From a virus, in IMG/VR virus record IMGVR_UViG_3300006735_000013, positions 64,001 through 128,000 of that record: a stretch of 64,000 nt of DNA; one strand, given 5' to 3'. Within the stretch, counting starts at the first letter, position 1. Every line of letters starts with the position of its first letter. Below the pieces are notes generated by a model. It worked only from the letters and a program-made list of their open reading frames with translations, was not told the origin of the DNA and did no database searches. The translations under genes were made by a program, and so were the position numbers. Shown piece after piece: positions 29,988-38,651 of this stretch.

Positions 29988-30344
29988 CTACTGGTAGGTT
30001 TCTTCTTTTCTCACAAAATACCCTTTTTCTCCTGGGTTAGTGGGAAGTTTAAGCTCGTATGTAAGACTTTCGTCAATGTTGAGATCTTTCTGGACCGCTT
30101 GTGCCATGGTATATAAATCAGCTTGGCCATACATAATCTGATTCATCATATTTGCTTTATTTTTTTCAAACTGAAGGCAGGAATTTGCAAAATAGTTTTC
30201 CAAATTTAGGAGCTTCTCGCGAAACTCAAAAACATGACTAACTTTATCCCAGTCGACCTCAATAATTTCTTGGCCATTCTTGATTGTGGCTTCTGTGTTT
30301 TTCTTATTTTCAGTAGTTTTTCTTTTGGCAGATGCTTTTGACAT
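29988..30344 (-). CDS. hypothetical protein (118 aa)
   Basis: AGGAG RBS; TGGTATAAT extended -10 at about 30369-30377. Confidence 0.65.
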   Translation of the reverse strand: MSKASAKRKTTENKKNTEATIKNGQEIIEVDWDKVSHVFEFREKLLNLENYFANSCLQFEKNKANMMNQIMYGQADLYTMAQAVQKDLNIDESLTYELKLPTNPGEKGYFVRKEETYQ

Positions 30345-30394
30345 TCTTTCTCCTTTTGTACCTATGTGAATTATACCACAAGAAAAAATGTTTT

Positions 30395-31612
30395 TTAGCC
30401 TTTTATATAAGTTATCTGAACTGTATCTTCCGGGTCTAGGTCTTCGGTGAATACTATAGTATTTCCACTAACTGTGTAATCTTTATCCGCCCCCACGGCC
30501 TGTATCAAACCATTAAGCATAACAAGTTCGGTATTATCCCTTATGGTGAACTGAGTTGTGAAAGTTCTCTTATCGTCTGGTAGTGCGGCTGCTTCTGTTT
30601 TTAGGACTTCGCCGATTTGCATACTATTTGACATATTCTCTGCAAGAGTCTCTGTTGTGACCACATTAGATGAGACACTAGCTCCAGAGCCGCCAAGAGA
30701 GGAAAAGAAGCTTGACGCGGGGGTATTACCTATAACAACTGGGCCTGAGAAGAACCTGTCTAGCTGATCTTGTGATATTCCTGAAAGGCCAAAATATGCA
30801 CCGTTTTCGTGTTCCGGAATTTCCGCTAAAGTTATTCTCTCTCTCGGTATCTTTACTTCTACAATGTTCTCCCTGATGGAATAGTGAGGCTTTTCTCTAT
30901 TTGGACCTTCGCCGACAATATATCCAATAACTTTGATGTTTATCTTTGTTTCAAACTTTCTCTCATCTGATGAAAAATCAGATAGGTTGTCTGTTGAACT
31001 ATATTCTGGCTGAATGAATCCTTCGTATTTGTGGTCTTTTTCTGTAAGCCTAATAAAGTTTACTGTTCCCGGTTTTGTCGCAAAAGGCGTCATAAGATCG
31101 TTCATTTGCTGTTGGTACTCGGTTCTCAGAGTTACTTCGTACATTACCTCTACGTTGACTGGCATAGGAACAGTTACGGTTCTATAAACGACCTTTGGAT
31201 TTGCTCCTGGGAAGTTTTTCTGGCCATGGAGCCTATATGCGTCTGCATTTGCAAATTTCATGGTCTTTTCTTGGTATAGCACCCTACTAACATCTAGAGA
31301 CCCACCCTTATCATCAGGTATTTCCGGCACATTACCCTGAAACACGCCCTGACTCTGTCTTGTCTTAGTGAATCCTGACCTTCTTATAGAAATAATTGGT
31401 AAAACAAGTAATCCCTGACTGTCTCTTACTTCTTTGTTGCCTTTTGCTTGAAAAGATCGTTCAGCAGTGCCCCAGATAACCGGAACGGGCTTGAAACCCT
31501 TATTTGTCATAGTTGAAAGACTGAGCGATTCTACAAAGTTCAGAACAGACTGGTCGATAGTCTCTATTGTTGAGACTTCAAAGTGAAGTTTCCCGTTAAT
31601 TATCTCTGACAT
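30395..31612 (-). CDS. tail terminator / sheath stabiliser (gp15-like) with an extra C-terminal beta domain
   Basis: VPVIWGTAER, LPIISIRR, PMPVNVEVMYEV, QQQMNDL; position after the neck genes. Confidence 0.6.
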   Translation of the reverse strand: MSEIINGKLHFEVSTIETIDQSVLNFVESLSLSTMTNKGFKPVPVIWGTAERSFQAKGNKEVRDSQGLLVLPIISIRRSGFTKTRQSQGVFQGNVPEIPDDKGGSLDVSRVLYQEKTMKFANADAYRLHGQKNFPGANPKVVYRTVTVPMPVNVEVMYEVTLRTEYQQQMNDLMTPFATKPGTVNFIRLTEKDHKYEGFIQPEYSSTDNLSDFSSDERKFETKINIKVIGYIVGEGPNREKPHYSIRENIVEVKIPRERITLAEIPEHENGAYFGLSGISQDQLDRFFSGPVVIGNTPASSFFSSLGGSGASVSSNVVTTETLAENMSNSMQIGEVLKTEAAALPDDKRTFTTQFTIRDNTELVMLNGLIQAVGADKDYTVSGNTIVFTEDLDPEDTVQITYIKG

Positions 31613-32093
31613 TGAATAAGCCCTCCCTTGCTCTCACACATGAAGCAGCAATCTCAAAACTTGACTCAACTTGACCAAATAACCACTTTGGCTCTTGCAA
31701 AGACAGTATTTCGTACATGTTTTCACCGTACTGAACAAAATCTCCTTCTCTTACAAACAAATCTTGATCCTCTGTTAGCCTTCTCTTATGGAAAGCAACT
31801 GAGATCTTCTCTACTCTGTCAACACCAAGTGGCGTTGTTGTTGTGTTTTGTGATTCCCACTTCACCATTGCGTATACGCGGATTGGATCAAGGAAGCTTT
31901 TATCTAATGCTTCACCATATAAGCTATGAAAATTGGTGTGTTCAAGACTTATAGGGTAATATATGATGGTTTGACCAATGACTCGCTCAATAACCTCATC
32001 ATTTATCTGCTTTACAAAGTCCTTTTCCTTTTTTCCCGTAAATAGCGGTGGAGGTGGGCTATCCGGCTGTGACCATTTATTATCATCAGACAT
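31596..32093 (-). CDS. neck / head-closure protein (gp14-like)
   Basis: GQTIIYY, LYGEA..K.F, VREGDFV; follows the gp13-like gene. Confidence 0.7.
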   Translation of the reverse strand: MSDDNKWSQPDSPPPPLFTGKKEKDFVKQINDEVIERVIGQTIIYYPISLEHTNFHSLYGEALDKSFLDPIRVYAMVKWESQNTTTTPLGVDRVEKISVAFHKRRLTEDQDLFVREGDFVQYGENMYEILSLQEPKWLFGQVESSFEIAASCVRAREGLFNVRDN

Positions 32094-32098
32094 TTATG

Positions 32099-33358
32099 TT
32101 ACCCCACGTATATATGATACGGAATCTTTTGCATTGTTTTCTCTGCGTTCTCTAGTTTCTGAGCATCCTGCTCTGCTAACTTAACATATGTTAGCTCTGC
32201 AAGTGTTTCTTTTAGTTCTGTTCTCAGTTTTTCCTGCTCGTCTTTGCCCTCAGACAATAGCGCAGGACCGTTGAGAGTTACGCTCTCGCCCGGTATTGGT
32301 ACGGTTCCGAACTTAGACCTTACTTGACCCAAAGTCTCCTTACAGAGAGCCAATGCGAACCTTCTAATCCACTGCTTGCCTATTGCGTTGATGCTAGTAA
32401 ATGGTATGTTACCAATTGGCAGTGTGTTCATGTTGTTGACACCATCTCTCTTTGGATCTGTTCCAGACCAAGAGTCTTCTGGTATCGAAAACTCTATCGA
32501 CATTTGGCTTGGGCCGCCAGTATAGGGTATCGGGAAAATTCTTAGTTTATTTCCTTTTATCTCATAAGAATAATGTGACATCCTTGTGTATATTGCATCT
32601 TCAAACGCCATAGCTTGTGCTTTGTTGTGCCAAGCAGGTACTAGCTGGAATGTAGAATCATCTGAAAACTGCCCATAATTATGCAGGTTTCCAACAACGT
32701 TGAGTCCACCATAGTAACCAAAGAATCTCCACATTGCATGCGGCGTTTTATAGTATACCTTTTTGATTAATATCTTCTTGTTGCCAATAGATGCAGAGAA
32801 TGCTGCATTCGTCGATAAGATGCTTTGCAAGTCATAGTCTTGGACACCTTCGGTGACGTTGAAGCTGGCAGAATATTGAACCGAATCTTTCAGGCCAACT
32901 TCTGCGCCAACACCTTCGGAAACTTGTCTTCCGATCCCATAATCAAATTTAGGATACTTTAGAGCAACATGAGTTCCCTCAAGCGATGAGCTAAGTGGGC
33001 TAGTTTGAATATTTCCTTTAGAATCAAAGCTTCCTGTTGTGTTTCCAAGTGTATTCGATAAGATATTGGTAGCTTGATGAACGTTGACTAAGTAACAATA
33101 TTCCAACACTGCTTCTTCATAGGCTGCATAAACATTTCCCTCTGTTAGCTCTATGTCTAGGACATCACCTCCAAGTTTCTTGTAGACATATGACACCTGG
33201 TCGACAGCGCCATTCAAAAACTCTGATGAATACAGGGCTACTGATGTATCGGAGTAGATCTTGTATGGTAAGGCTGCATTAACATTTCCGGCCGTCCCAG
33301 TGATAGGCAAGATAACCGCTGATAACGTACTGGCCGGTGTAAGGGTAGGTAAAGACAT
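32099..33358 (-). CDS. neck / head-tail adaptor (gp13-like)
   Basis: KLGGDVLDIEL, WIRRFALALCKETLGQVRSKF, VTLNG..L. Confidence 0.82.
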   Translation of the reverse strand: MSLPTLTPASTLSAVILPITGTAGNVNAALPYKIYSDTSVALYSSEFLNGAVDQVSYVYKKLGGDVLDIELTEGNVYAAYEEAVLEYCYLVNVHQATNILSNTLGNTTGSFDSKGNIQTSPLSSSLEGTHVALKYPKFDYGIGRQVSEGVGAEVGLKDSVQYSASFNVTEGVQDYDLQSILSTNAAFSASIGNKKILIKKVYYKTPHAMWRFFGYYGGLNVVGNLHNYGQFSDDSTFQLVPAWHNKAQAMAFEDAIYTRMSHYSYEIKGNKLRIFPIPYTGGPSQMSIEFSIPEDSWSGTDPKRDGVNNMNTLPIGNIPFTSINAIGKQWIRRFALALCKETLGQVRSKFGTVPIPGESVTLNGPALLSEGKDEQEKLRTELKETLAELTYVKLAEQDAQKLENAEKTMQKIPYHIYVG

Positions 33359-33360
33359 TT

Positions 33361-33412
33361 AGTGTCCCTCGCTAAATAGAGTTATTCAATATAACTAGTA
33401 TTTGAGGGAACT
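33361..33412 (-). promoter_or_regulatory. RBS-sequestering hairpin containing late-promoter motifs
   Basis: Nested pairs UCCCUC/GAGGGA, AAAUA/UAUUU and AGUUAU/AUAACU; contains CTAGTTA (33392-33398) and CTATTTA (33373-33379). Confidence 0.6.
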
Positions 33413-33776
33413 AATCGGCGGAAGTCGTTTTTTTAGTTGCTCGCTTTCTGCGAGTTGTCGTCTTCTTTGTTGTGGCCTTTTTCGATGTTGTCTTTTTAGT
33501 AGTTCTAGTTTTAGTTGTTTTTGGTGTTTCAACTGTTGGCTCTTCAATCTGAATTGTTTGAAGTTGTGGTTCTGGTGCTGGCACTACAACCTCTTCGGCA
33601 GCTTCTGGTTCCGGTTCTTTGTTTGTGATAACTTCAACTGTTTCGTCTTCGGTTATCTCTTCCCCGGTATTCATATCGATCTCGATGACGCCGCGTTTTC
33701 TTGCTAATGCTTCACGCTTGGTTGCGTATTTGCTAGCATATTTAGACATTGTCATTCTTTTCTTTCTTTTTCCCAT
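33411..33776 (-). CDS. low-complexity protein: basic N-terminus, acidic middle, K/T-rich tail
   Basis: KTTKTRTTKKTTSKKATTKKTTTRRKRATKK. Confidence 0.65.
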   Translation of the reverse strand: MGKRKKRMTMSKYASKYATKREALARKRGVIEIDMNTGEEITEDETVEVITNKEPEPEAAEEVVVPAPEPQLQTIQIEEPTVETPKTTKTRTTKKTTSKKATTKKTTTRRKRATKKTTSAD

Positions 33777-33790
33777 TGTTTTTCCTTTTC

Positions 33791-33820
33791 AAAATAAAAA
33801 GCCCCCCTTTGCAGGGGGGC
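33791..33820 (-). terminator. intrinsic terminator
   Basis: GCCCCCCT-GCAA-AGGGGGGC followed by TTTTTATTTT. Confidence 0.88.
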
Positions 33821-33829
33821 ATGAAGATT

Positions 33830-33946
33830 TTACTCTTCTTTGGCTTCTTTAGCCTTTGGTTTTTCAGCCTTTGGTTTTTCAGCCTTCTTGGGGGCTGCCT
33901 TTTTAGGGGCAGCTTTTGCTTTTGCTCTTCTTGCTCTAGATGACAT
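33830..33946 (-). CDS. 38-aa histone-H1-like basic peptide
   Basis: Below the ORF-track cutoff. MSSRARRAKAKAAPKKAAPKKAEKPKAEKPKAKEAKEE; AGGAG RBS; ends just before the terminator. Confidence 0.65.
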   Translation of the reverse strand: MSSRARRAKAKAAPKKAAPKKAEKPKAEKPKAKEAKEE

Positions 33947-33959
33947 GGTTCATTTCTCC

Positions 33960-34550
33960 TTACAGATCTGCAGGAACCGCAGCTCCATATATGGTAATAA
34001 GTAATTTTCCAGCTGTTAAAGTAGCAGCGGTATCATTTTCACCCTGACAAACATAAAGAAATTTATCAGCTACTGCATTGTTATCATACAAAACTGATGT
34101 GTCTACACCTACGGTGTTTGCGATGCCTGTGATGGCTGCAGTTTGAGTGTCGGCTTGAGTTCCGCCAGCGGCGGTAGGCTTGCCTACACCATCAACACCA
34201 AACTCAAGGTCAATTGTGGTTGTGCCGCCGACGAGAGCTTCTAAAACTTGAACTCTCAGTTCATTGACCACTCCAACTTTTGCTACTGTTAATTGCCCTA
34301 TACTAGAGACTGTATCAATAACTCCCATCGCAGCCGTATCACCGTTGCCGCCGCCGTTACCTGATGTGCTAATTGCCGCCTTAGATGTGCCAAGGTCTAA
34401 TGCAATTTCTGTGATTATCTGATGACCTTCTCTTTTTTGTGTTGTTGACACAATAGCGTCCTTAATTCCTGCGCCGGCACCCAGATCAACCGATTGTCCT
34501 TTCTTGTCCAAAGAGAACAGTCTCTTTCTACCTAATCTTCTGCTACCCAT
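33960..34550 (-). CDS. probable capsid-associated/decoration protein (196 aa)
   Basis: Gly/Thr-rich beta-type sequence directly after the MCP gene; strong AGGAGG RBS. Confidence 0.5.
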   Translation of the reverse strand: MGSRRLGRKRLFSLDKKGQSVDLGAGAGIKDAIVSTTQKREGHQIITEIALDLGTSKAAISTSGNGGGNGDTAAMGVIDTVSSIGQLTVAKVGVVNELRVQVLEALVGGTTTIDLEFGVDGVGKPTAAGGTQADTQTAAITGIANTVGVDTSVLYDNNAVADKFLYVCQGENDTAATLTAGKLLITIYGAAVPADL

Positions 34551-34556
34551 AATTAT

Positions 34557-34663
34557 TTCCTCCTTATTATGTGGTTAACGTTAACGCTTATCATCCACGA
34601 AACATAGCCAGCCACCTCGGCTATATCTCTTCAAGGGCCAGTGGCGTTACGACCCAGGAGGAA
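34557..34663 (-). ncRNA. candidate structured cis-regulatory leader RNA (four-way junction with kissing loops)
   Basis: P1 UUCCUCCU/AGGAGGAA, P2 GGGUCG/UGGCCC, P3 GAGAUAUAGCC/GGCUAUGUUUC, P4 GUGG..CCAC; loops carry GCCAC and GUGGC. Confidence 0.65.
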
Positions 34664-34676
34664 TCAAAGTCACTAA

Positions 34677-34683
34677 TAAATAG
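34677..34683 (-). promoter_or_regulatory. candidate late promoter CTATTTA
   Basis: CTATTTATTAGTG between the MCP terminator and the structured leader. Confidence 0.65.
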
Positions 34684-34690
34684 CTTTCAG

Positions 34691-34726
34691 AAAAAAGAAA
34701 AGCCCCACCAAGTTAATGATGGGGCT
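34691..34726 (-). terminator. intrinsic terminator after the major capsid gene
   Basis: AGCCCCATCA-TTAACT-TGGTGGGGCT followed by TTTCTTTTTT. Confidence 0.88.
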
Positions 34727-34754
34727 GAATCTTTTTGTTATCGGACTTTAGCTA

Positions 34755-36566
34755 CTAGCTAGAGCCTTCCTCACCTAAGAGGCCGCGGACGACAACAAGA
34801 CCGTACATATCAGGTCGTACCATCTTCTTAGCGTAACGGGTCATGACACCCTTACGTGGCACGAAGTCTTCCGTACCAAAGATGGTTGGTGTTACCTGCA
34901 ATGGTACGTAAGGAGCGTAGACAAATCCGCTTTCGAGGAATGAACTACCCTTACGGCCAACGAGGAGTACGTTACGCAAGAAATATGGATCAACGTAAAC
35001 GTCGAACTTCTTGCTCAAGCTACCAGCCTTGACAGCACCGATGGTGCCGCGGTCCGTATCAGCAGTTACGCTTGCGCGGAAACCGCTTGTGAACTCAAGG
35101 ATGTTGGCAACTTCTGGTGAACAAACAACAAAGTTTGCACCACCGCGAAGTGTCTTTCTGTGGATCTGAGCGCTAACGTCATTGATAGTCTCGATGAGTG
35201 TCTCATACCACTCACTGACTGTACCAGTGAAATCAGGAGCTGCGGCTGAAGCGCCAAGCTCATTACCGTTGCTGTCAACAAAAAGACCAGGAGCACGACT
35301 CCAGTAACGAGTACCAGCGGTTGCACCGTCGATCAATTCGTGAAGAAGTTCACGGTCAATTTCAAGAGCGATCTGCTCAGAAAGAATACCAGTCAACTCA
35401 ACCTCAGCGTCAAGGTTGTGATAAGCATTGAGGTCTTGACCCAATTCTGGGGACCACTTTGCCTTCAACTTCTTGGTCTGAGCTGTAACAGCGATACTGT
35501 CAACCTTGATGTCGATCTCAGCGATAGTGTTCTTAGCTACACCAGAACCTTGATTTCCGGTACCTGTATCCGGCTCTTCAAGGGCCCATGCGTCTCCACC
35601 AACAACAGAACCAAGTCCGTTCCCAGCTTGTAATTGATCCTTAAGTGGCACAGTCATGACTGAAGCCTGTGCTGCGATCGTCGCGGCGCCGGCGTCATGA
35701 ATAACAACAACAAGGTGATTTACACCACTAACGGTTTCAACTCTTGTAAGTCTCCTGACAAGTGAGCCATTATCAGTTGGCAAGGTGCTGAAGTCGATTG
35801 CTGCCAATCGACCCAAATCAACTTGAGTATTTGCGCCGCCGGCTGGACCGCCAAAGGCCACGTCCGAGGTCGCTGGGCCGCCAATTGAACCAGTTGACAT
35901 AATAACAGAAACTGTACCGCCTGCTGCGAGAATATCCGGGTCGAATCTGATCGCCTTCTTCTGTGCCTGAGTCAATGATGAAACTGTTGCACTAGTAACT
36001 GCTTCTCCACCTAGTCGGTTGAGCACAGTACCGGAAAGGGCGACGAAGCCGCCGGCCGCGCCAATTGTAGTCGAACCAGTTGCAGATGTCTGAGAGATAC
36101 CTGCTTCATAGTGTCCACCAGGGCCTGAAGCGTCTGGTGAGCCGGCAAGATCAACACCGCCAGTCAACTGGCGAGCGACAACGTTGCCACCATATATTGA
36201 AGCGCCTTTTGCTGCCCCTCCGCGGGCTGATTCGTGTGTAAAGTCAAGGAAGAAGATGAGGCCAGATGGCAAGCTCATCGGCTGAACCGAGACAAGATCG
36301 TTTGCAATCAATCCACCGAATACACGGCGAACGATTGGGAATGCAACTGCTGCGAAGCCTTCGACATCGCCAGCAGCCATAGAAGAAGCCTCACGCAGAA
36401 GCTCCTTGGCCTGGTTTTCAAGTAGGACGGCCATCCCCTGCTTTTGTTGTCCTTCGTTGAGTCCGTCGAGAAGACCTGTCTGCTGCCACTTGTTAAGTAG
36501 AGCTTCGCCTTCCTTCTGAACATTACGCTGAACAACACCTTCAGTTAGTCTTTGTAATACAGACAT
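34755..36566 (-). CDS. major capsid protein (T4 gp23-like)
   Basis: LLENQ, PIVRRVF, VSVQPMSLPSGLIFFL, KLKAKWSPELGQDL, EIDRE, YAPYVPL, GVMTRY. Confidence 0.97.
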   Translation of the reverse strand: MSVLQRLTEGVVQRNVQKEGEALLNKWQQTGLLDGLNEGQQKQGMAVLLENQAKELLREASSMAAGDVEGFAAVAFPIVRRVFGGLIANDLVSVQPMSLPSGLIFFLDFTHESARGGAAKGASIYGGNVVARQLTGGVDLAGSPDASGPGGHYEAGISQTSATGSTTIGAAGGFVALSGTVLNRLGGEAVTSATVSSLTQAQKKAIRFDPDILAAGGTVSVIMSTGSIGGPATSDVAFGGPAGGANTQVDLGRLAAIDFSTLPTDNGSLVRRLTRVETVSGVNHLVVVIHDAGAATIAAQASVMTVPLKDQLQAGNGLGSVVGGDAWALEEPDTGTGNQGSGVAKNTIAEIDIKVDSIAVTAQTKKLKAKWSPELGQDLNAYHNLDAEVELTGILSEQIALEIDRELLHELIDGATAGTRYWSRAPGLFVDSNGNELGASAAAPDFTGTVSEWYETLIETINDVSAQIHRKTLRGGANFVVCSPEVANILEFTSGFRASVTADTDRGTIGAVKAGSLSKKFDVYVDPYFLRNVLLVGRKGSSFLESGFVYAPYVPLQVTPTIFGTEDFVPRKGVMTRYAKKMVRPDMYGLVVVRGLLGEEGSS

Positions 36567-36590
36567 TGTATTATTCCTCCAAAAATGTTT

Positions 36591-37904
36591 TTATTTCTTT
36601 ATTCCTGCTAATTTTTGCATTCTACTATACAAAGGATTAGCGGCCTTCTGTTTTTGCTCATTACGAGCGCCTACAAGTAGTGTTGAACGTCTCGAAACTG
36701 CTTCGCTAAGAGTTCCCGACTTCTTCTCTGCAGGTGAAGATGTCACTGTCTCTTGGAGCGTCTCAAAGACTATCCTTGCTTCTTGTACAGTCGTGGCTTT
36801 TGAAATAGACTCGACAATTTTCTCTTTTTGTCGCTCATTCAGGGAGGTATTCTCTAAAGCACGGTTAATATACAGCAGCTTTGCGTTAGAAACATTTGTG
36901 GTTTCCAACTTTTCTTGCAAAGTTTCAAATGCTGTAATATATTTATCGTTCTGCGCCTCTAATTTAGTGGCAGCAGAAGCTAAAGTCTTGTTTTCTTTCT
37001 GTAAAGCTGCTACTGTTTTACGCAGCTCTTCGTTTTCTTCTTTTACTTCGCTATCTTGTTCACGCGCAAGGAGCATTTGCTCATACTCGCGCATAATAGA
37101 TTCTGGTGTTCCGGCCCATCCGGACTTTTGTGGCTCAAAGTCGACTCTTACAGCCTCATCTATGGCCCAGTCCTCGTCTAACTCCATCTCTTCAAACATC
37201 TCATCCTCTTCGAGGTAGTTTTCACCAATACCAGTATACTCATCCTCTTCTGCTACTTCCATCTCTTCAAGCGCATCGTCTTCGTCTTCATAGAGAAAGT
37301 CGCGAATCGCTTCTGCAAGCTGGTCTTGTGTAATATCGACGTCTACATCTGCGTCAAAATCAGGAGTATCTTGTATATCTATGCCAATATCGTCGTCAAA
37401 ATCGAAGTCGTCTTCAAAATCATCTTCGAAATCATCTTCGAAATCATCCTCAAAATCGTCTTCATCAGTTATATCAATACCTATTTCATCATCAGAAAAT
37501 TCATCATCGCCGGCAAATACCCCGCCTTGTTCACTTGGAAGCTCCTGTCTTATGCTGTCAAGCTTAATATCCACAATCTCGTCGTCTGGATCATCTAAGT
37601 CAGGGTCGAAGCCGTCTGGTATAGACCCTATCAAACTATCTGCAAACTCTTGTGTTGCGTCTCCCTCTTCAGCAGTTGGGTCGCCAGCCATGGGATCTGC
37701 ACCCATACCAGGATCCATTGCCATCGGGTCTTCTTCCATACCCATTCCTAGATCAGCAAAGGGATCCTCTTGCTCTAAGAGCTTGCCGACCGCTTCCTTT
37801 ACTTCGTTTGAGTACTTCTCTATCACGAGGTTTTCCGCGTTCTTTAGGGCAGCTTCCTTGAGAGCCTTAGCATCGATAATTGCTTTCTCTAGTAGACTTG
37901 ACAT
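36591..37904 (-). CDS. prohead core / scaffolding protein (gp22-like)
   Basis: Highly acidic, C-terminal coiled coil, ends RMQKLAGI; directly upstream of the MCP gene. Confidence 0.8.
   Translation of the reverse strand: MSSLLEKAIIDAKALKEAALKNAENLVIEKYSNEVKEAVGKLLEQEDPFADLGMGMEEDPMAMDPGMGADPMAGDPTAEEGDATQEFADSLIGSIPDGFDPDLDDPDDEIVDIKLDSIRQELPSEQGGVFAGDDEFSDDEIGIDITDEDDFEDDFEDDFEDDFEDDFDFDDDIGIDIQDTPDFDADVDVDITQDQLAEAIRDFLYEDEDDALEEMEVAEEDEYTGIGENYLEEDEMFEEMELDEDWAIDEAVRVDFEPQKSGWAGTPESIMREYEQMLLAREQDSEVKEENEELRKTVAALQKENKTLASAATKLEAQNDKYITAFETLQEKLETTNVSNAKLLYINRALENTSLNERQKEKIVESISKATTVQEARIVFETLQETVTSSPAEKKSGTLSEAVSRRSTLLVGARNEQKQKAANPLYSRMQKLAGIKK
37405..37464. repeat. 12-bp tandem repeat encoding (EDDF)n
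   Basis: About five imperfect copies of aaatcatcttcg. Confidence 0.8.
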
Positions 37905-37960
37905 TCTTTTAAACTCCTAAAATAATTTGTTCTCTTGCAAATAAGAAAACTTTCTCTAGA

Positions 37961-37967
37961 TAAATAG
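37961..37967 (-). promoter_or_regulatory. candidate late promoter CTATTTA (scaffold-MCP operon)
   Basis: ACTATTTATCTAGAG. Confidence 0.65.
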
Positions 37968-38008
37968 TATTTTATTTTGGTAAAGGGATGGAAAAAATTT
38001 TGAGGTGG

Positions 38009-38389
38009 TTAGAAGGTGGAAAGTAGGAGCCAAACCTTTTCGGTATCATCTGCGTTGGTACCATTATGAGTAACCCTAACTTTGTCTGCTCCGGCCACTT
38101 CGAAAATTCTTGTATGACCATCTGCAACTACAATTGTTGACTCGTCTGATACCTCAACAAGCTCTGACCATATGCCGGCGCCGTGATAATATACTTCGAC
38201 CTTGGTTACCGAGGCAGCGGTACCGCAAACAATATGCAAGAACCTTTGGTTTTCTGTAAAATATGCAGTTGTACTTATAGCGTGTGCAGTGCTGCTTGCA
38301 CCGTTAACATTCTTTGGTCTTCTGGTTCTACCCCAGCTGCTATGTCTGTGAAATTCTGATGCTGGTGGTGTGTTGCTAAATCCTGCCAT
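38009..38389 (-). CDS. hypothetical protein (126 aa)
   Basis: ORF with GGAG RBS in the head operon. Confidence 0.65.
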   Translation of the reverse strand: MAGFSNTPPASEFHRHSSWGRTRRPKNVNGASSTAHAISTTAYFTENQRFLHIVCGTAASVTKVEVYYHGAGIWSELVEVSDESTIVVADGHTRIFEVAGADKVRVTHNGTNADDTEKVWLLLSTF

Positions 38390-38401
38390 TATAATGCTCC
38401 G

Positions 38402-38641
38402 TCACTTATATTCGTTTTCTAAACGCTTTTTTTCTTTTGCGTTTGCTATTTTAATTAGTCTCATCTTTTCTAATTTCTTTTTTCTTCTCTTCACTGAACG
38501 CTTGGTGTAGTGTCTGCGTTCGCGAACCTCTTCCAGAATGCCACATTTCTTTACTTTTCTAGTAAACTTTTTTATCATTCTTTCGACCTGGCTTTGGTCT
38601 GTAATTTTTATTTCTGCATGAACTGGTGTTCTACGTCCCAT
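38402..38641 (-). CDS. rpsU: phage-encoded 30S ribosomal protein bS21
   Basis: VERMIKKFTRKVKKCGILEEVRERRHYTKRSVKRRKKK matches bS21 (ExxLxxFKRxxxxxGILxExRxRxxYEKPSxxRxxK). Confidence 0.88.
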   Translation of the reverse strand: MGRRTPVHAEIKITDQSQVERMIKKFTRKVKKCGILEEVRERRHYTKRSVKRRKKKLEKMRLIKIANAKEKKRLENEYK

Positions 38642-38651
38642 TTTACTTCCT

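Noticed and set aside
34595-34640. Hammerhead ribozyme (GAAAC and TGAAGAG-like words)
   Set aside because: The CUGAnGA and GAAA cores do not occur in the right order on one strand, and stem III would need a C-A mismatch
37405-37464. CRISPR-like or origin repeat
   Set aside because: Spacer-less 12-bp in-frame coding repeat within the acidic scaffold protein
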